Assembly: GCF_001194135.2 (NCBI RefSeq)
Contig: NC_068981.1
Span: 149,873,275-149,937,274 of the forward strand
Origin: Octopus bimaculoides
Lineage: Eukaryota
DNA: 64,000 nucleotides
Direction of reading: 5' to 3'
The notes below the pieces were generated by a model. That model searched no databases and was not told where the DNA came from. It saw only the letters and a list, made by a program, of their open reading frames with translations. Positions 1 to 11,851 of this stretch are shown piece by piece. Every line of letters starts with the position of its first letter. Positions within the stretch are counted from its first letter, which is position 1. A program made the translations under genes and the position numbers.

Positions 1-40
1 ATATATATATATATATGTATGTCTGTATGTATGTATGTAT

Positions 41-560
41 ACCAGAAAAAGCACATAAATGTAAAATAAGGTGGCATAAATAGTACTCGAATACTATAGT
101 TAGAGTAATATGATTTATTAGTAAAGCTGCAAAGACATCGCAAAAATGTTACTCAGAGTTTCGCGTTCCCGTTCGTCGGATAGTTTTGGTTTAGAACGGA
201 ACAAATTACAGTTGTATGCACAAATATACAATTACTTTGATAGATACTCATTTGAAAATGGTTATTACATTGGTCCTTTCAACTAACGGTCTTGTCAATA
301 GCCGGTTATATGAAATAACAATTGCGATCTAAAATCGCATTATTATAAAAAGCGAAGAAAACCTTAAATAAAAAAACTAGCCTTTGTAGAAGGAAAAATG
401 TGTATACCCAGAGTAAATTAATTCATGTTAAAAAATAATAAATTTAAATAAGTTAAAAAGATATATCCGTTTAAAATAAAAACATTTGCAAAAGACTCAC
501 ATCATAAAAATACATATACATTTAGTAATATATCCGCATACAAAAAAACTATATATACAC
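41..560 (-). mobile_element. Probable Penelope-like pseudo-LTR/tail remnant
   Basis: Non-coding AT-rich tract carrying a decayed hammerhead motif (143-187, minus) and ending about 100 nt later at an (AT)/(TATG) microsatellite, the same layout as 3455 and 11852. The upper boundary is approximate. Confidence 0.4.
143..187 (-). ncRNA. Degenerate type I hammerhead ribozyme motif
   Basis: Minus strand reads aaaactat-CCGACGA-ACG GGAA CGC-GAAA-C TCTGA GT-A-acattttt. It has U4>C and G10.1>A changes and an imperfect helix I, so it is probably inactive. Confidence 0.5.
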
Positions 561-1299
561 CAAACATACAAACATTGGTACATGCCTACACACATATACA
601 AACAAATACAGGCAAAGCATAAATATATACAAATGCATACATAGGTTTCCACGTACACATATATACGCACATAATACTTCTCCGTGTGTGTTTCAAATAT
701 ACAACCTAGTTGTTACAAGCTAAGGAAAGAGAACGATAAGAAAATCAAAGAATAATAAGTGGTGGGAGAAGGGAAAAGAAGAAAAGGAGTGGTGAAAGAA
801 AAAAAAGAAAGAAATTTACAAAGAGAAAGAGAAAATAGGTAGATAGAGAGACTGAAATAATATGGAAGTTGGCGTTCCGTAAAAGTATCTAACATATAAA
901 ATGACATGCATATCTACATAAATACATATATATATGCAAAAGTAACACACATGTAGAAACTCATACAAATATACAAATAAGCATATACGTAGATGCGTAA
1001 TCTTCAAGTTTAGGGGGGTAAAATAATAAATAAAAATATTTAATGGAAGTAACTGAACATCTTGCCAGTATTCTCCGTACTACTCTGTTTATAAATAAAT
1101 CACACACGTGATTTGATTGACGTTAACTGTTTATATATTAATCACACACGTGATTGAATATCATAGTTTCTTATGAGAAATCGAAAATGCCTCGTGGAAG
1201 ACCGGCTGCACAACATCTTATTGTTGCTGAAAACGAAATCCTCAATCCCATGCGTTAGCGATTCTACTTATCCATTATTCACGAATAATAATGTTGCCT

Positions 1300-1470
1300 G
1301 GCAATCAATTTTGAGCAGGATGTAGTCGGTAGCGCATTAACTCCAATATTTTATCATCTCCGAGGATGTATGAAATGCAAGGTTAATCTAGGCCAGATTT
1401 GAAATCCGATCGTAAAGAACCGTAATAAATACCCGAACATATTGAAATACGCAATACTCAGAGGATCTTA
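1300..1470 (-). mobile_element. Highly decayed SINE, family B (GGCGGCGAGCTGGCAGAA-type)
   Basis: gaggatgtatgaaatgcaaggttaatctaggccagatttgaaatcc aligns loosely to gaaaggatgaaaggcaaagtcgacctcggcggaatttgaactc at 4655-4700. Confidence 0.4.
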
Positions 1471-2484
1471 AGAAAATTTTAATGTGTCCTTCATATCAAC
1501 ATATGACTGGCATTATCTTAAGAAAAAAGTTTTAACATCAAATATTCAATTATTTACTACGCCTATGTGGGCACAATCTAGATGTTAAGCACTTCAGCAC
1601 TAGCAAAATGTTTTAGATCTTTTGGGTTTGCTGCTGATAATTCATGAAAGTAGAGTCTGGTATCCAGGTAATTAAATACCTCATTGTAAATGGCCTTATT
1701 GAATGTGGCAATTTCCGCTGAGATATGTATTGAATTTTTTGTAGTATGTTCTCTGCTATGCTGGTTTTGTGGGTCGCCCAAAGTCAACCCAAGCTACATG
1801 TAATCGACATAATAGAAAATAGCTGGCGTAGTTGAATTAGTGCTCTGCTGACGGCTGCCTCCTCCAGTGAGCATCGTCCTCCAGTAGTCCGTGTTTGGCG
1901 CAGGTTTCTCTGTAGGTCGTACAGATTTCCCCATTGTGTCTTGGAAGGTCTGACAGTGTGCAGCAGAAGACGCAGAAAGAAGCGCCATAAATTCACAGGA
2001 ATAACAAACAACAACGAAAGCTTCTATAGTAGGAAAAACAACAAAAAATAAACAAAATAGCGATATCTGACTAGTAATCCCCTAAACCATGCACCTCAAA
2101 TCAAATATCGTTCGCTCATTAATGAAAATAATAGACAAAAACCTAAACGTTAATAATAAATACGCAGAATTATTTAGGAATAAAATCAGAATAGGCCGCT
2201 GTCTGACTAATAACTTAGCCACAATAAGAGCCTCAATGAATAATAAAAAAATTGACAAATTCTATGAAACTAGAAAGATTGTGAACAATAAAAATAATAA
2301 CCGGCCAACCAACTAATAGGACTAAGCCCCCCCCCCACTAACGCGGCGCCTCCTGCTAACTTAAGTACAGACCTGAATAATAATCTCCCACCGTTTAATA
2401 CAACACGGACAAAGATATACCTAATTAGTTATGCGGCTGTAGGGATAGAAAAAGTGAAATTTCTCAAATAGATGCAAGACAAAT

Positions 2485-2760
2485 AACGTAGTTTACCAAT
2501 GTGACATCCACACAAATAATCGGACGAAATCATACATAGGCACCGCTAAGAACCAAATGATTCTTAGATATAATGCACATAACTCATCAGGGCTAAGTAC
2601 ATACGTACGGAAACTTAAGGATAAAAAAATAGGTTATATTTTAAACTAGGGTATACTCACAAAAACAACCTCCTACAACACCACAAATAGACGCTGCGAT
2701 CTTTGTCTATCAGAACGCCAAGCTATACTTACGGCTAAACAACCCCTTCTGAACAGAAAA
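2485..2760 (+). pseudogene. GIY-YIG endonuclease domain of the Penelope-like element, disrupted
   Basis: VVY...YIG signature, RY..H, CxxC (RCDLC), LLN terminus; TAG at the conserved W position. Confidence 0.85.
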
Positions 2761-3454
2761 TTTAGAGAACAATACTTTTTGTCTTCCTGTGGGCCTTGAT
2801 GTATTTTCAAAATACTGGTAGAATAGCCACTTTTGTCTTCATCCAGGCCTCTATGCCTTTCATAATCCCAAACTTGAATACTCGTCTATATAAGTCTAAT
2901 TAAGTGGGAAACACCTTAAATACTTACACACAAATAGTCACCCCGCAAACCCACTCGTCTCCCACATTCCATAATAATACACTGTGCACATACATAGGGC
3001 CCCTTCTAGCAATAAGAACTTCTTAAAACCTAGCAATAAGATAATTATTAGCCATACTACATTTTTAACCACCCCATCTAGTCCGATAAAAATGTGGTAG
3101 GAGTTAGCTCCCTTTTCCCCCTGTTAGAGTTACCCCCTTCACCTACACCGCCGGTGATAACCCACTTCAGAATCTAAGCAAATTTATATTTGTTTATATA
3201 TTGCGAAAAAATACGCTTAATCAAATATGCGAAAACAATGTGCTTAATGAAACTAGGAGCCCCACACTTAAATAATACTCACCCCACCCCAATTACCCAA
3301 CGAAATAAACCAGTCTAACACAATCAAACCTCTACACAGCGAATTTACCAGCGCAAGAACACAATTCAATGTAAGACTTCCTACCTTTGTTTATATTACC
3401 ATCACATATGTATCAATTATTTTCGCATCCTGACAGATGCATCTATCTATATTC

Positions 3455-3505
3455 GCATTCTGAAGAGATTTACTTAAACCAGTAAATCGAAACGATCGTA
3501 AATGC
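3455..3505 (+). ncRNA. Type I hammerhead ribozyme with intact core
   Basis: Helix I GCATT(3455-59)/AATGC(3501-05); CTGAAGA 3460-66; helix II GATTTACT/AGTAAATC (8 bp); GAAA 3489-92; palindromic helix III ACGATCGT; GUA cleavage triplet ending at 3500. Confidence 0.9.
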
Positions 3506-3607
3506 TACCTTCATCTCTGCTTCCTGCTTCTTTGTTATCTAATTAAATTAAAGACATGTCAGCGAAAACCACGAGTTTCCTCTTGCTATTACATCCATGT
3601 TCTTTTC

Positions 3608-3609
<2 letters not shown>

Positions 3610-3660
<51 letters not shown>

Positions 3661-3670
3661 NNNNNNNNNN

Positions 3671-3714
<44 letters not shown>

Positions 3715-3720
3715 TACATA
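3610..3720. repeat. (CA)n/(TA)n compound microsatellite with a 10-N gap (3661-3670)
   Basis: Seen directly in the sequence. Confidence 0.95.
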
Positions 3721-4569
3721 CGTATATGTATATATACATACTTATATGTATATATGTATGCATACATATATATAAATGCATGTATATATGTATACACACG
3801 CATATATGTATGTGTGTGTGCGTGTGTAGTATTGAACAAACGTATAGCAAACTACATTTACATACCCCTAGTTCTATTTCACTTTACTATATCTGAGATT
3901 CCTGAGATTGCCTAATAATATCGATTTGGGATTGATTTGTAATTTGTATAAGTAGAGGAACATACATTTTCTGTAGTGTAGCGTAACTTTCCTCAGTTCC
4001 TGTTAGAACAGTTAGCATACTTGCGAATAGTTTGTATAATTATACATTTAATTTACATTATGGAAATGAATAATGAAAAATCTAATCTTATACAGAAACC
4101 AAGGGACTTTCTGTGTTCCTATATTTATCATGAGCTATCTTTTGGCCAAAGTTGTTAACGCAAACTTAATGTCATGTACATAAGTAATATAATTTCTACT
4201 AGGAATGCACTGCAGTCTATTAAAGCATTCCTTGAAATACTTTTAATATATATATGTGTGAATAATATCAACATGAGAAGACGCTTACGTAAAATTTCAA
4301 AATGCGGAAACTTGACTGTAATGTAAATGTATATATATATATATATCTATATCTATATNNNNNNNNNNNNNNNNNNNNNNNNNNNNNNNNNNNNNNNNNN
4401 NNNNNNNNNNNNNNNNNNNNNNNNNNNNNNNNNNNNNNNNNNNNNNNNNNNNNNNNNNNNNNNNNNNNNNNNNNNNNNNNNNNNNNNNNNNNNNNNNNNN
4501 NNNNNNNNNNNNNNNNNNNNNNNNNNNNNNNNNNNNNNNNNNNNNNNNNNNNNNNATATAATCATTTCT

Positions 4570-4745
4570 AATATAGGCACAAAACCAGAAATTTCTGGGA
4601 AGTAGTCGATGACATCGACCCCAGTGCTTCACTGGTACTTAATTTATTGGTCCAGAAAGGATGAAAGGCAAAGTCGACCTCGGCGGAATTTGAACTCAGA
4701 ACGTAGCGGTAGACGAAATGCCGCTAAGCATTTTACTCGGTGTGC
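4570..4745 (-). mobile_element. tRNA-derived SINE, family B (octopod-type)
   Basis: Reverse complement contains aaatgcttagcggcatttcgtc..gttctgagttcaaattccgccgaggtcgactttgcctttcatcc, shared with the copies at 17326 and 47459. Confidence 0.8.
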
Positions 4746-4771
4746 ATATATATATGTATAATACCATTTGT

Positions 4772-5073
4772 GAAGGCGCATGGCTTCGTAGTTGGGGTAT
4801 GCAGATCACGATCGTGAGTTCAATTCCCGGCTGCGCGTTGTGTACTTGAGAAAAACACTTTATTTCAAGTTGCTCTCATCTAGTCAGCTGGAAAATATGA
4901 GCAGTACATGTATTTCAAAGGGCAGGCTTTCTCACCTTCTATGTCATGCTGAATCTTCCTTAGCGTACGCGTCTGTGGATCGTCCAGCCACTTACACATT
5001 AATTTCACAAGCAGGCTCTTCTGTTAATCGGATCAACTGCAACTCTCGCTGTCGTAACCGACGGAATATTAGG
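4772..5073 (+). mobile_element. tRNA-derived SINE, family A, with V/Deu-like central domain
   Basis: A-box-like TGGCTTCGTAG, B-box GAGTTCAATTCC, then gttgtgtacttgagaaaaacactttatttc; related heads occur at 22247 and 38159. Confidence 0.75.
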
Positions 5074-5202
5074 AATAACACTTAACTATATTAAATCAAA
5101 ATAATTCACTATGATATATAATACGATTTAAAAATTCATACTTAATATAACGAACTATCACACATTAAAATATTATCCTAATAAACTTCTGATTTGATTA
5201 TT

Positions 5203-5406
5203 CTAAGACATATAAACAATATCTGATTTTCCTATTCTAAAACATATAAACACAATATCTGATTTGTCTATTCTAAGACATATAAACACAATATCTGATT
5301 TGTCTATTCTAAGACATATAAACACAATATCTGATTTGTCTAATCTAAGACATATAAACACAATATCTGATTTGTCTGTTCCAAGACATATAAACACAAT
5401 ATCTGC
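5203..5406. repeat. 36-bp minisatellite, about 5.7 copies (tctaagacatataaacacaatatctgatttgtctat)
   Basis: Head-to-tail units without spacers; explains the 12-aa periodic ORFs on both strands. Confidence 0.95.
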
Positions 5407-7546
5407 TATTATCAAATGTAATTGGATTCTTTTTTTTTTTTCTATGACAAAATAGTGAAATGTATCGGCTTCCCCAATAAATTTTACTTTCACTAACAAT
5501 AAGTTAAATATAATTCATTTTGTCAATTATAGGTGCCTACAAAATACCTTATGAAATCAACCACTGTAATGACTATTATTAAGTATTTTAGAAACAATTT
5601 ATGAAAGAAACAGTAGAATAGAAAAATTACAAAAAGAGTTTTTGGTTTTGATCTGCTTTCTCATATAGCGACCGGATATCAGAGAGCTATTAATATCCGA
5701 TTAATCAGGAATTTTCTTGTCTGGACGAAGAAACGTTCTTTGTTGGTATTGCATTTCTACTGGCTCCAGGGAAAGATGGTGGTTTGAATTACTAATATTA
5801 AATATCCTAAGTTTATTTGAAATCCATTACAGATACAATTTTTTTAAAGGTATATTTTCTTTTAATCCACTCCAGATAGTATGTTATTTTTTTAATCCTG
5901 TCAAATTTTCAAAACAGACTCCTGTCTGGAAAGAAAATTTGATTTATGGTTTAATAAATTGTCTAGTAATTAATGTCGCTTTACAGCTCAGTTATAGATT
6001 AGTCGACTTTTTTTGTGAATACGTAAAGAAGGGTAAAACAATTTTATTTGGTTATTTAAAGGGTAACATAGAACATTTAGAATGTAAATGGAATTGCTTA
6101 TACCAGTGATTTTTGTTCCTTGGAACTGGATAATAAAATGTCTTATATTCAAGCGCCCTTGACAGACTCGTTTCACCGCCTCTCTTAATTCACATTACAG
6201 AACTCATACGAATCACTAGCCCGTCTAAATCCACAAATTTCTAGAATCTCATTCCTCTAGAAATTTCTCTTCGCTTCTTATTTTTTTTTCTTCCAGCTCT
6301 AGACATGTAGCTTATTAGCAGGAACATTAACCGTGATAAATACACCGGTCTCGATGGGATAACGAAAGCCATAAGCACAATGTCTTTTTCCAGGCCAAGC
6401 TAATTAAAACACAAAGTTGATAACTGGTCTACTCGATGAGACCTCTAACTAACGAGACCATTGTTCAACAAATGTGATATGAATTAAGATTATCTTGCTA
6501 TGAAGATTCTGCAGAGTTAGCAGTAATTCTCTTGGCTGTTAACCAAATGTCACTGATGATATATGTAGGAGGAAAACTTGCAGAGTGAGCATTGTATGAA
6601 AGAATTAATTCATGATTTTGCCTGAAGTATAAAAACAGACACCAAAAGTTCCAGATTATATATGAGACTATTATAAAAATAAAATTTGTTTTATTTAGTT
6701 TTCGAAAGATAGATTAACACTTTGAATAATACGTAGCGTTTAATTTCATACACCTCCATACTGTACTTGGACATTCATACCCACTTTCGAATGTAAAAGT
6801 GAAATATAATGAGTTTTCATTTTTAATGCATGTAAGTAGACTAAAATTGTTCGATAAATCAATAATAATTTTCTTACTCATTTAAGAGTTTTATCAAGGA
6901 AATGAGCAAAAGTATCAATTATTTTTTATTGCAAAAGTAAGACTGCATATTTCTTATATTCATGGAATGGAAATTAAATTATATGGAAATTGAATTATAA
7001 ATTACTGAAGAGTTATGTTAGACTGAATTTAAAGTCAAATGTATATGCAAAATAATCACTGGTAAAGATATAAAAAGAATATAAAAGCGGATTACAATCT
7101 GAGAGACACAGAAATATTAGCCTGAAATGAGGTCCAGGAAGTTAGTATGTTCGCTTCAACTCTGCCTAGACATTGTTGAATCACATAACACTTGTAATTT
7201 GAATTAATTTTGTAGAGTAAAAATCTATTATAAGAGGGGTATTTAAAATGTGCTAGGATTATTTAATCATACCTCACCTACAGTCTTTGTATATCTATAT
7301 ACATACATACATACGGAACGCATATCATCTCTCAGTGAATGATTATGTCAGTAGATGCGCTCAGTTGCCGTATGTTTAATAAGACAAGTAAGTCATGGGT
7401 TGGTTAATAAGGGTATTTAAATGTCCATAATTCAGTCAAGACAACGCTGTACCACCTCACTAAATATGATTGTTTGTGTTCAATTTGAGATACACAGTCT
7501 CAAAATTTCTAGTTAGGAATATCGATATGTGAATATATGCGAGTGT

Positions 7547-7601
<55 letters not shown>

Positions 7602-8654
7602 GGTCATCGCATGTATAGCTATTTCATAATAAAGGATCATTAAAATTTCCTTCAACTCGTAACCAGTTATGATCTTTATATAACTTAAACCATATCAAAC
7701 TTAAATGACCTTTCTCAAGGCTGCCTCATTTGATTGTACGCAAGCAAAAGGAATACATTCGCGCACACACATGCGTGCACAGAGAAAAGTTCCAGCAAAA
7801 GTGGAGCCCTTATTGAGCAAGGAGTGTTTGTTTTATATATGGCTTTGACTTGATGGAGGAGACCGATGACCCAAGGCTCCCCGATCCTGACCAAACTCTA
7901 TATAGGATTACATATTCCAATTTTTATTTTTTACGACAGTAGGGTGTGCTATGAGAGATACTCTAGCTATTGTTAGCATGCAAATTATTTCTACTACAAA
8001 GTCTTTAAATCATTTTCTCATCTTATCGCGATACATATTTACCTAGTCTGTTTATTTGGAAAACGTTCCATTTTTATGGGGCTATCCCATTTGTATATCA
8101 CTTTGTGCTACGTATAGGAGTTCTGTATAATTGAAAGTGTATTAACAACTTGCACTATTAAGTTTAAATCTCCATGTGTTAATAGCATGAGAAAAGATGA
8201 TTTCTACGTACTAAAGACTCTCTTAAATACATTTCCAGAAGGCAAACACATGAAGCAGTGTCTCAATAGACTATCAGATGGTGGGTCTCATACAAAATTA
8301 TCCTATTTATTATTCTTATAATCTTATACTATACTACAAGTCTGGAGAGGCGTATTCGTAGGTGCCGAAAGAAAACAATTTAGTAAAATAACCTGTCTGT
8401 TGAATAATGATATATATTGATGTTATGTTTCTAACCATAAATATATACGTGAAAAATGATTTGCTGTATGGCTTTAAGATTCTCACAGAGATGGAAAGAT
8501 AACGAAGAAAATGAGTGATGCGCTAAAATTCGATATATTTGTACGTGTGTGTCTCCGTGTGTGTATTATGTGTGTGCGTGCTTATGCCGAGTTATAATAA
8601 ATACAATTTTACTGTAACATGAATGACGACCCAATAATTTTGTAAAGTTAATTT

Positions 8655-8771
8655 CTACTACTACTACTACTACTACTACTACCAAAGCCACCACCACCAC
8701 CACCACCAGCATCACCACCACCAGCATCACTACTATTACTTCTACTACTATCACTAGTACTACTACTACTA
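8655..8771. repeat. (ACT)n/(ACC)n compound trinucleotide repeat
   Basis: Seen directly; source of the poly-Val ORF 8566-8802. Confidence 0.95.
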
Positions 8772-8895
8772 CGAAATATCGTTCACTAGATAACAATGGC
8801 ACTCTTCTTTTAATTTTGACTCTATATCTTCAGGAGGAGTTACCTCAATCATTTCTATATTAACCAAAATGAAGTAGATTGAAAAATTTATTTTT

Positions 8896-8936
8896 TGAAC
8901 CTGTGGAAGACACACAAGATGTCGAAATATCGTTCA
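8896..8936 (+). ncRNA. Minimal type I hammerhead motif with core mutation; partial second copy at 8772-8800
   Basis: Helix I TGAAC/GTTCA; CTGTGGA (A6>U); extra A; helix II GACA/TGTC; GAAA; helix III reduced to palindromic ATAT; AUC triplet. CGAAATATCGTTCACTAGATAACAAT is repeated 151 nt upstream. Confidence 0.65.
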
Positions 8937-11851
8937 CTAGATAACAATAGCATTCTTGTTAAATTATAAATCATAATTCAAAGTCTAAATTTAAAGAGGT
9001 CAGTGAAATATATTTAATACCTTAACTTATCTATCATCCCATCTCGACGAAAACCAACATATTCATATATATTCTATGAATTATTCTAATATTTGTCCGA
9101 TCTTTTTGTCAAGAAACTTGAAGCTTATTTTCTAAAATTATCTCACCAAATTATATACCACTTAGACATGCTATACCCTCCCCACACTAGCTTTTAACCT
9201 CTGTTAACCTACCTTTAAACTATTTTACACCAACCGTATATTAGTTACCGCTAAACATCAGCCTCTCTGCAACTAGCTGCTCGTTAATTCGTTAACCTGC
9301 TGTCCCGTTGTCGAAAATCGTCCATAGCACAGACTATTTTCACTACCACATACCCACATTTACATATTTTTCCTATCCGCCTATATATTTCTGCTTAACT
9401 GTTTATCGTACTCACTGTTTTACTTTTCAAATTTTTGCATTACAACTCTAACGTTATCTGGTCTCTCAATATATATCGCTGTCATCACTATCTCTCGCTT
9501 CTAAACTTTCCCAGAATTTCCAATAATTAGAACCAAATTTCAGCGAAATATTTCGTGTATTACGTTTCTCGTTCTATTGCAGTGGCAATAATATGTTTAG
9601 GAATACTAAAGTGCCACTTACCAGGGTAAAGCAATGCGTAAGTCCATCGAGACAACTAGTACTGCATATGATTCAAAACCACCACCGCTCTGAACTTCAT
9701 TTCTGGATACTAGACATAAACACACCATTTAACACTCCTTTTTGACTTTTCAGTAATTTTAGTGTTCTTTACTCTCGAGCAAACAATTAGATCAAGAGAT
9801 TGTAACAGTATTTTTGTTTTTATATCACTCATATTTGTCAGAGTGTAGTTCTTGGAAATATTTCTTAACTGAAACCTGTTACTGTATAAATTAGTGCCCA
9901 CGATATGTCAGTAAAACTTTGGCTGCTGTTCAGTTATTTTAAATGAAAAAAATTCTAAATTATGGTCTCCTCCCATTGTACGAAAAATATGAGACGAAGA
10001 ATCTCGAACTAATTAGTATTTGATCTTGGTTAAATGTGAAAGCAACATTGGTTTCGTCCCAGCAAACGCTACTACCCCTGATAGTGTCACGTCAATCATC
10101 CGTAAATGTGCTGTAGAGCTGATCCTGTATTTAAATGTTGTTACGCTATCTCACATCCTAAAGAAAAGCTGTCTCTTTGATCAGACCCTCATACAGCCTA
10201 TACTTTGAGGGTAAGCTGTTTATGTTTAACACATGGTTGGAATTCGGTTAAAACGATAACATCTGGTAAAAAGAAAAAAAAACCCACCTAACAAAATGAA
10301 CAGCACCATCATATCTTTCAGGAATTATTATTATGTCAACCGAGTCAAGCACAAAACCATATATTATTTTAAAATACAGCTGGAAGTGTACACCACCCAG
10401 TCTCGACGATTTGTATCTTAGCCGGTTTAAAATACTCTTATCGGACACTCTCAACTTTCCCTTCCCCTCTGTCTCTCTGTCTGTTTGTCTGTCTCTCTCT
10501 CGTTATGTGTGCNNNNNNNNNNNNNNNNNNNNNNNNNNNNNNNNNNNNNNNNNNNNNNNNNNNNNNNNNNNNNNNNNNNNNNNNNNNNNNNNNNNNNNNN
10601 NNNNNNNNNNNNNNNNNNNNNNNNNNNNNNNNNNNNNNNNNNNNNNNNNNNNNNNNNNNNNNNNNNNNNNNNNNNNNNNNNNNNNNNNNNNNNNNNNNNN
10701 NNNNNNNNNNNNNNNNNNNNNNNNNNNNNNNNNNNNNNNNNNNNNNNNNNNNNNNNNNNNNNNNNNNNNNNNNNNNNNNNNNNNNNNNNNNNNNNNNNNN
10801 NNNNNNNNNNNNNNNNNNNNNNNNNNNNNNNNNNNNNNNNTATATATATATATATATATTTTGCTGTGAGTTTTCTCCAAATATTTAACGTGACTCTCTA
10901 AGTCTGTCATACATAGTTGGTGATGCGTTTGTGTTGATTGAACAGAAGAATCTAAAATACCAACTTCTCATTGCTGACCGCCATAGATTCTGTCTTGACG
11001 AATCTTCCATTATGAGACATAATATTTGTAGCGCACTTTCTTAGCACAAGCAAGGGCATTTTCCTGTTTACTTTTAAAAGAAATGGCCAAAAGCCCATCA
11101 CAAGACTAACAGGCTAGCTATAATGTAATTCTACTACCAAAGACACCGGCTCCTCTAATCTCTTTATTTCGGGAAATGTTTTATTACTAACATTAAATGA
11201 TGGCAATTTAATGAGTTTTCGTTTGAGATAAATCCATCATTTATTAATTATATATACCTATGAAATCACGATTAATATTTCACTACACATGTTACTGTAA
11301 TCTCTTCTAACGTGTACGCTACTCATTCAACATTTTGTAGCTGGTTCCCTCTTCAGTGGTTCCCAGCGTGCTAAACACGCAAGTCACGCGTACGTATTCT
11401 CTCTCAAACAACCATGTGTGTGTGTGTCTGTGTGCGCGTGTGCGCGCGTGTGTATGTATGTGTGTACGCGGCATAATAATTATCCTTAATATCACCTGCA
11501 ATTTATCATTTTTTTCGTTGGTGTTTTATATATGCAATCAATACTGTCCTTATTTTCCTCACTACTTTTGCTAACTTCCTTTTCAGAACAGTTTCAAATA
11601 TTTTACTACTGGTGCAGTTAGACCATCGATAACTATTAAATTAATAAAAACAAAAACATTAACTCTATAATAATGTAAAAAATATTAAAATAAAAAATAT
11701 ATATAAAAATAAAAAATCCAAGTAAAATGTATACAGGGTAAAAAGCTTTTTACCCTTCTATACTCTATTAGCTCTTTTGTCTTAATGACGGTCACCACAC
11801 AGTAATCTCCCTTTGTTTAACGGTCTTTTTCACACGAATTTTCAATGGCCG

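Larger units (their letters stand above)
2050..3608 (+). mobile_element. Penelope-like retroelement 3' fragment: RT thumb/linker, C-terminal GIY-YIG endonuclease, 3' tail with hammerhead (Hydra-clade-like)
   Basis: Translation gives DI*LVIP*TMHLKSNIVRSLMKIIDK...KIRIGRCLTNNLATI (WFNPP..TNIG..YSCMPN-like), then C-x-C-x5-[TGA]-x5-C at 2432-2475 with a 1-nt deletion, then NVVYQC..KSYIG..RYNAH..LSTYVRKLK..RCDLCLSERQAIL..LLNRK at 2485-2760. Several stops are present. Confidence 0.85.

Noticed and set aside
5203-5406. CRISPR-sized 36-bp repeats
   Set aside because: No spacers, no cas genes, eukaryotic context.
5717-6176. 130-aa ORF and overlapping antisense ORF, considered as viral or host coding sequence
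   Set aside because: No recognisable motif in any frame; non-ATG start; composition typical of AT-rich background.
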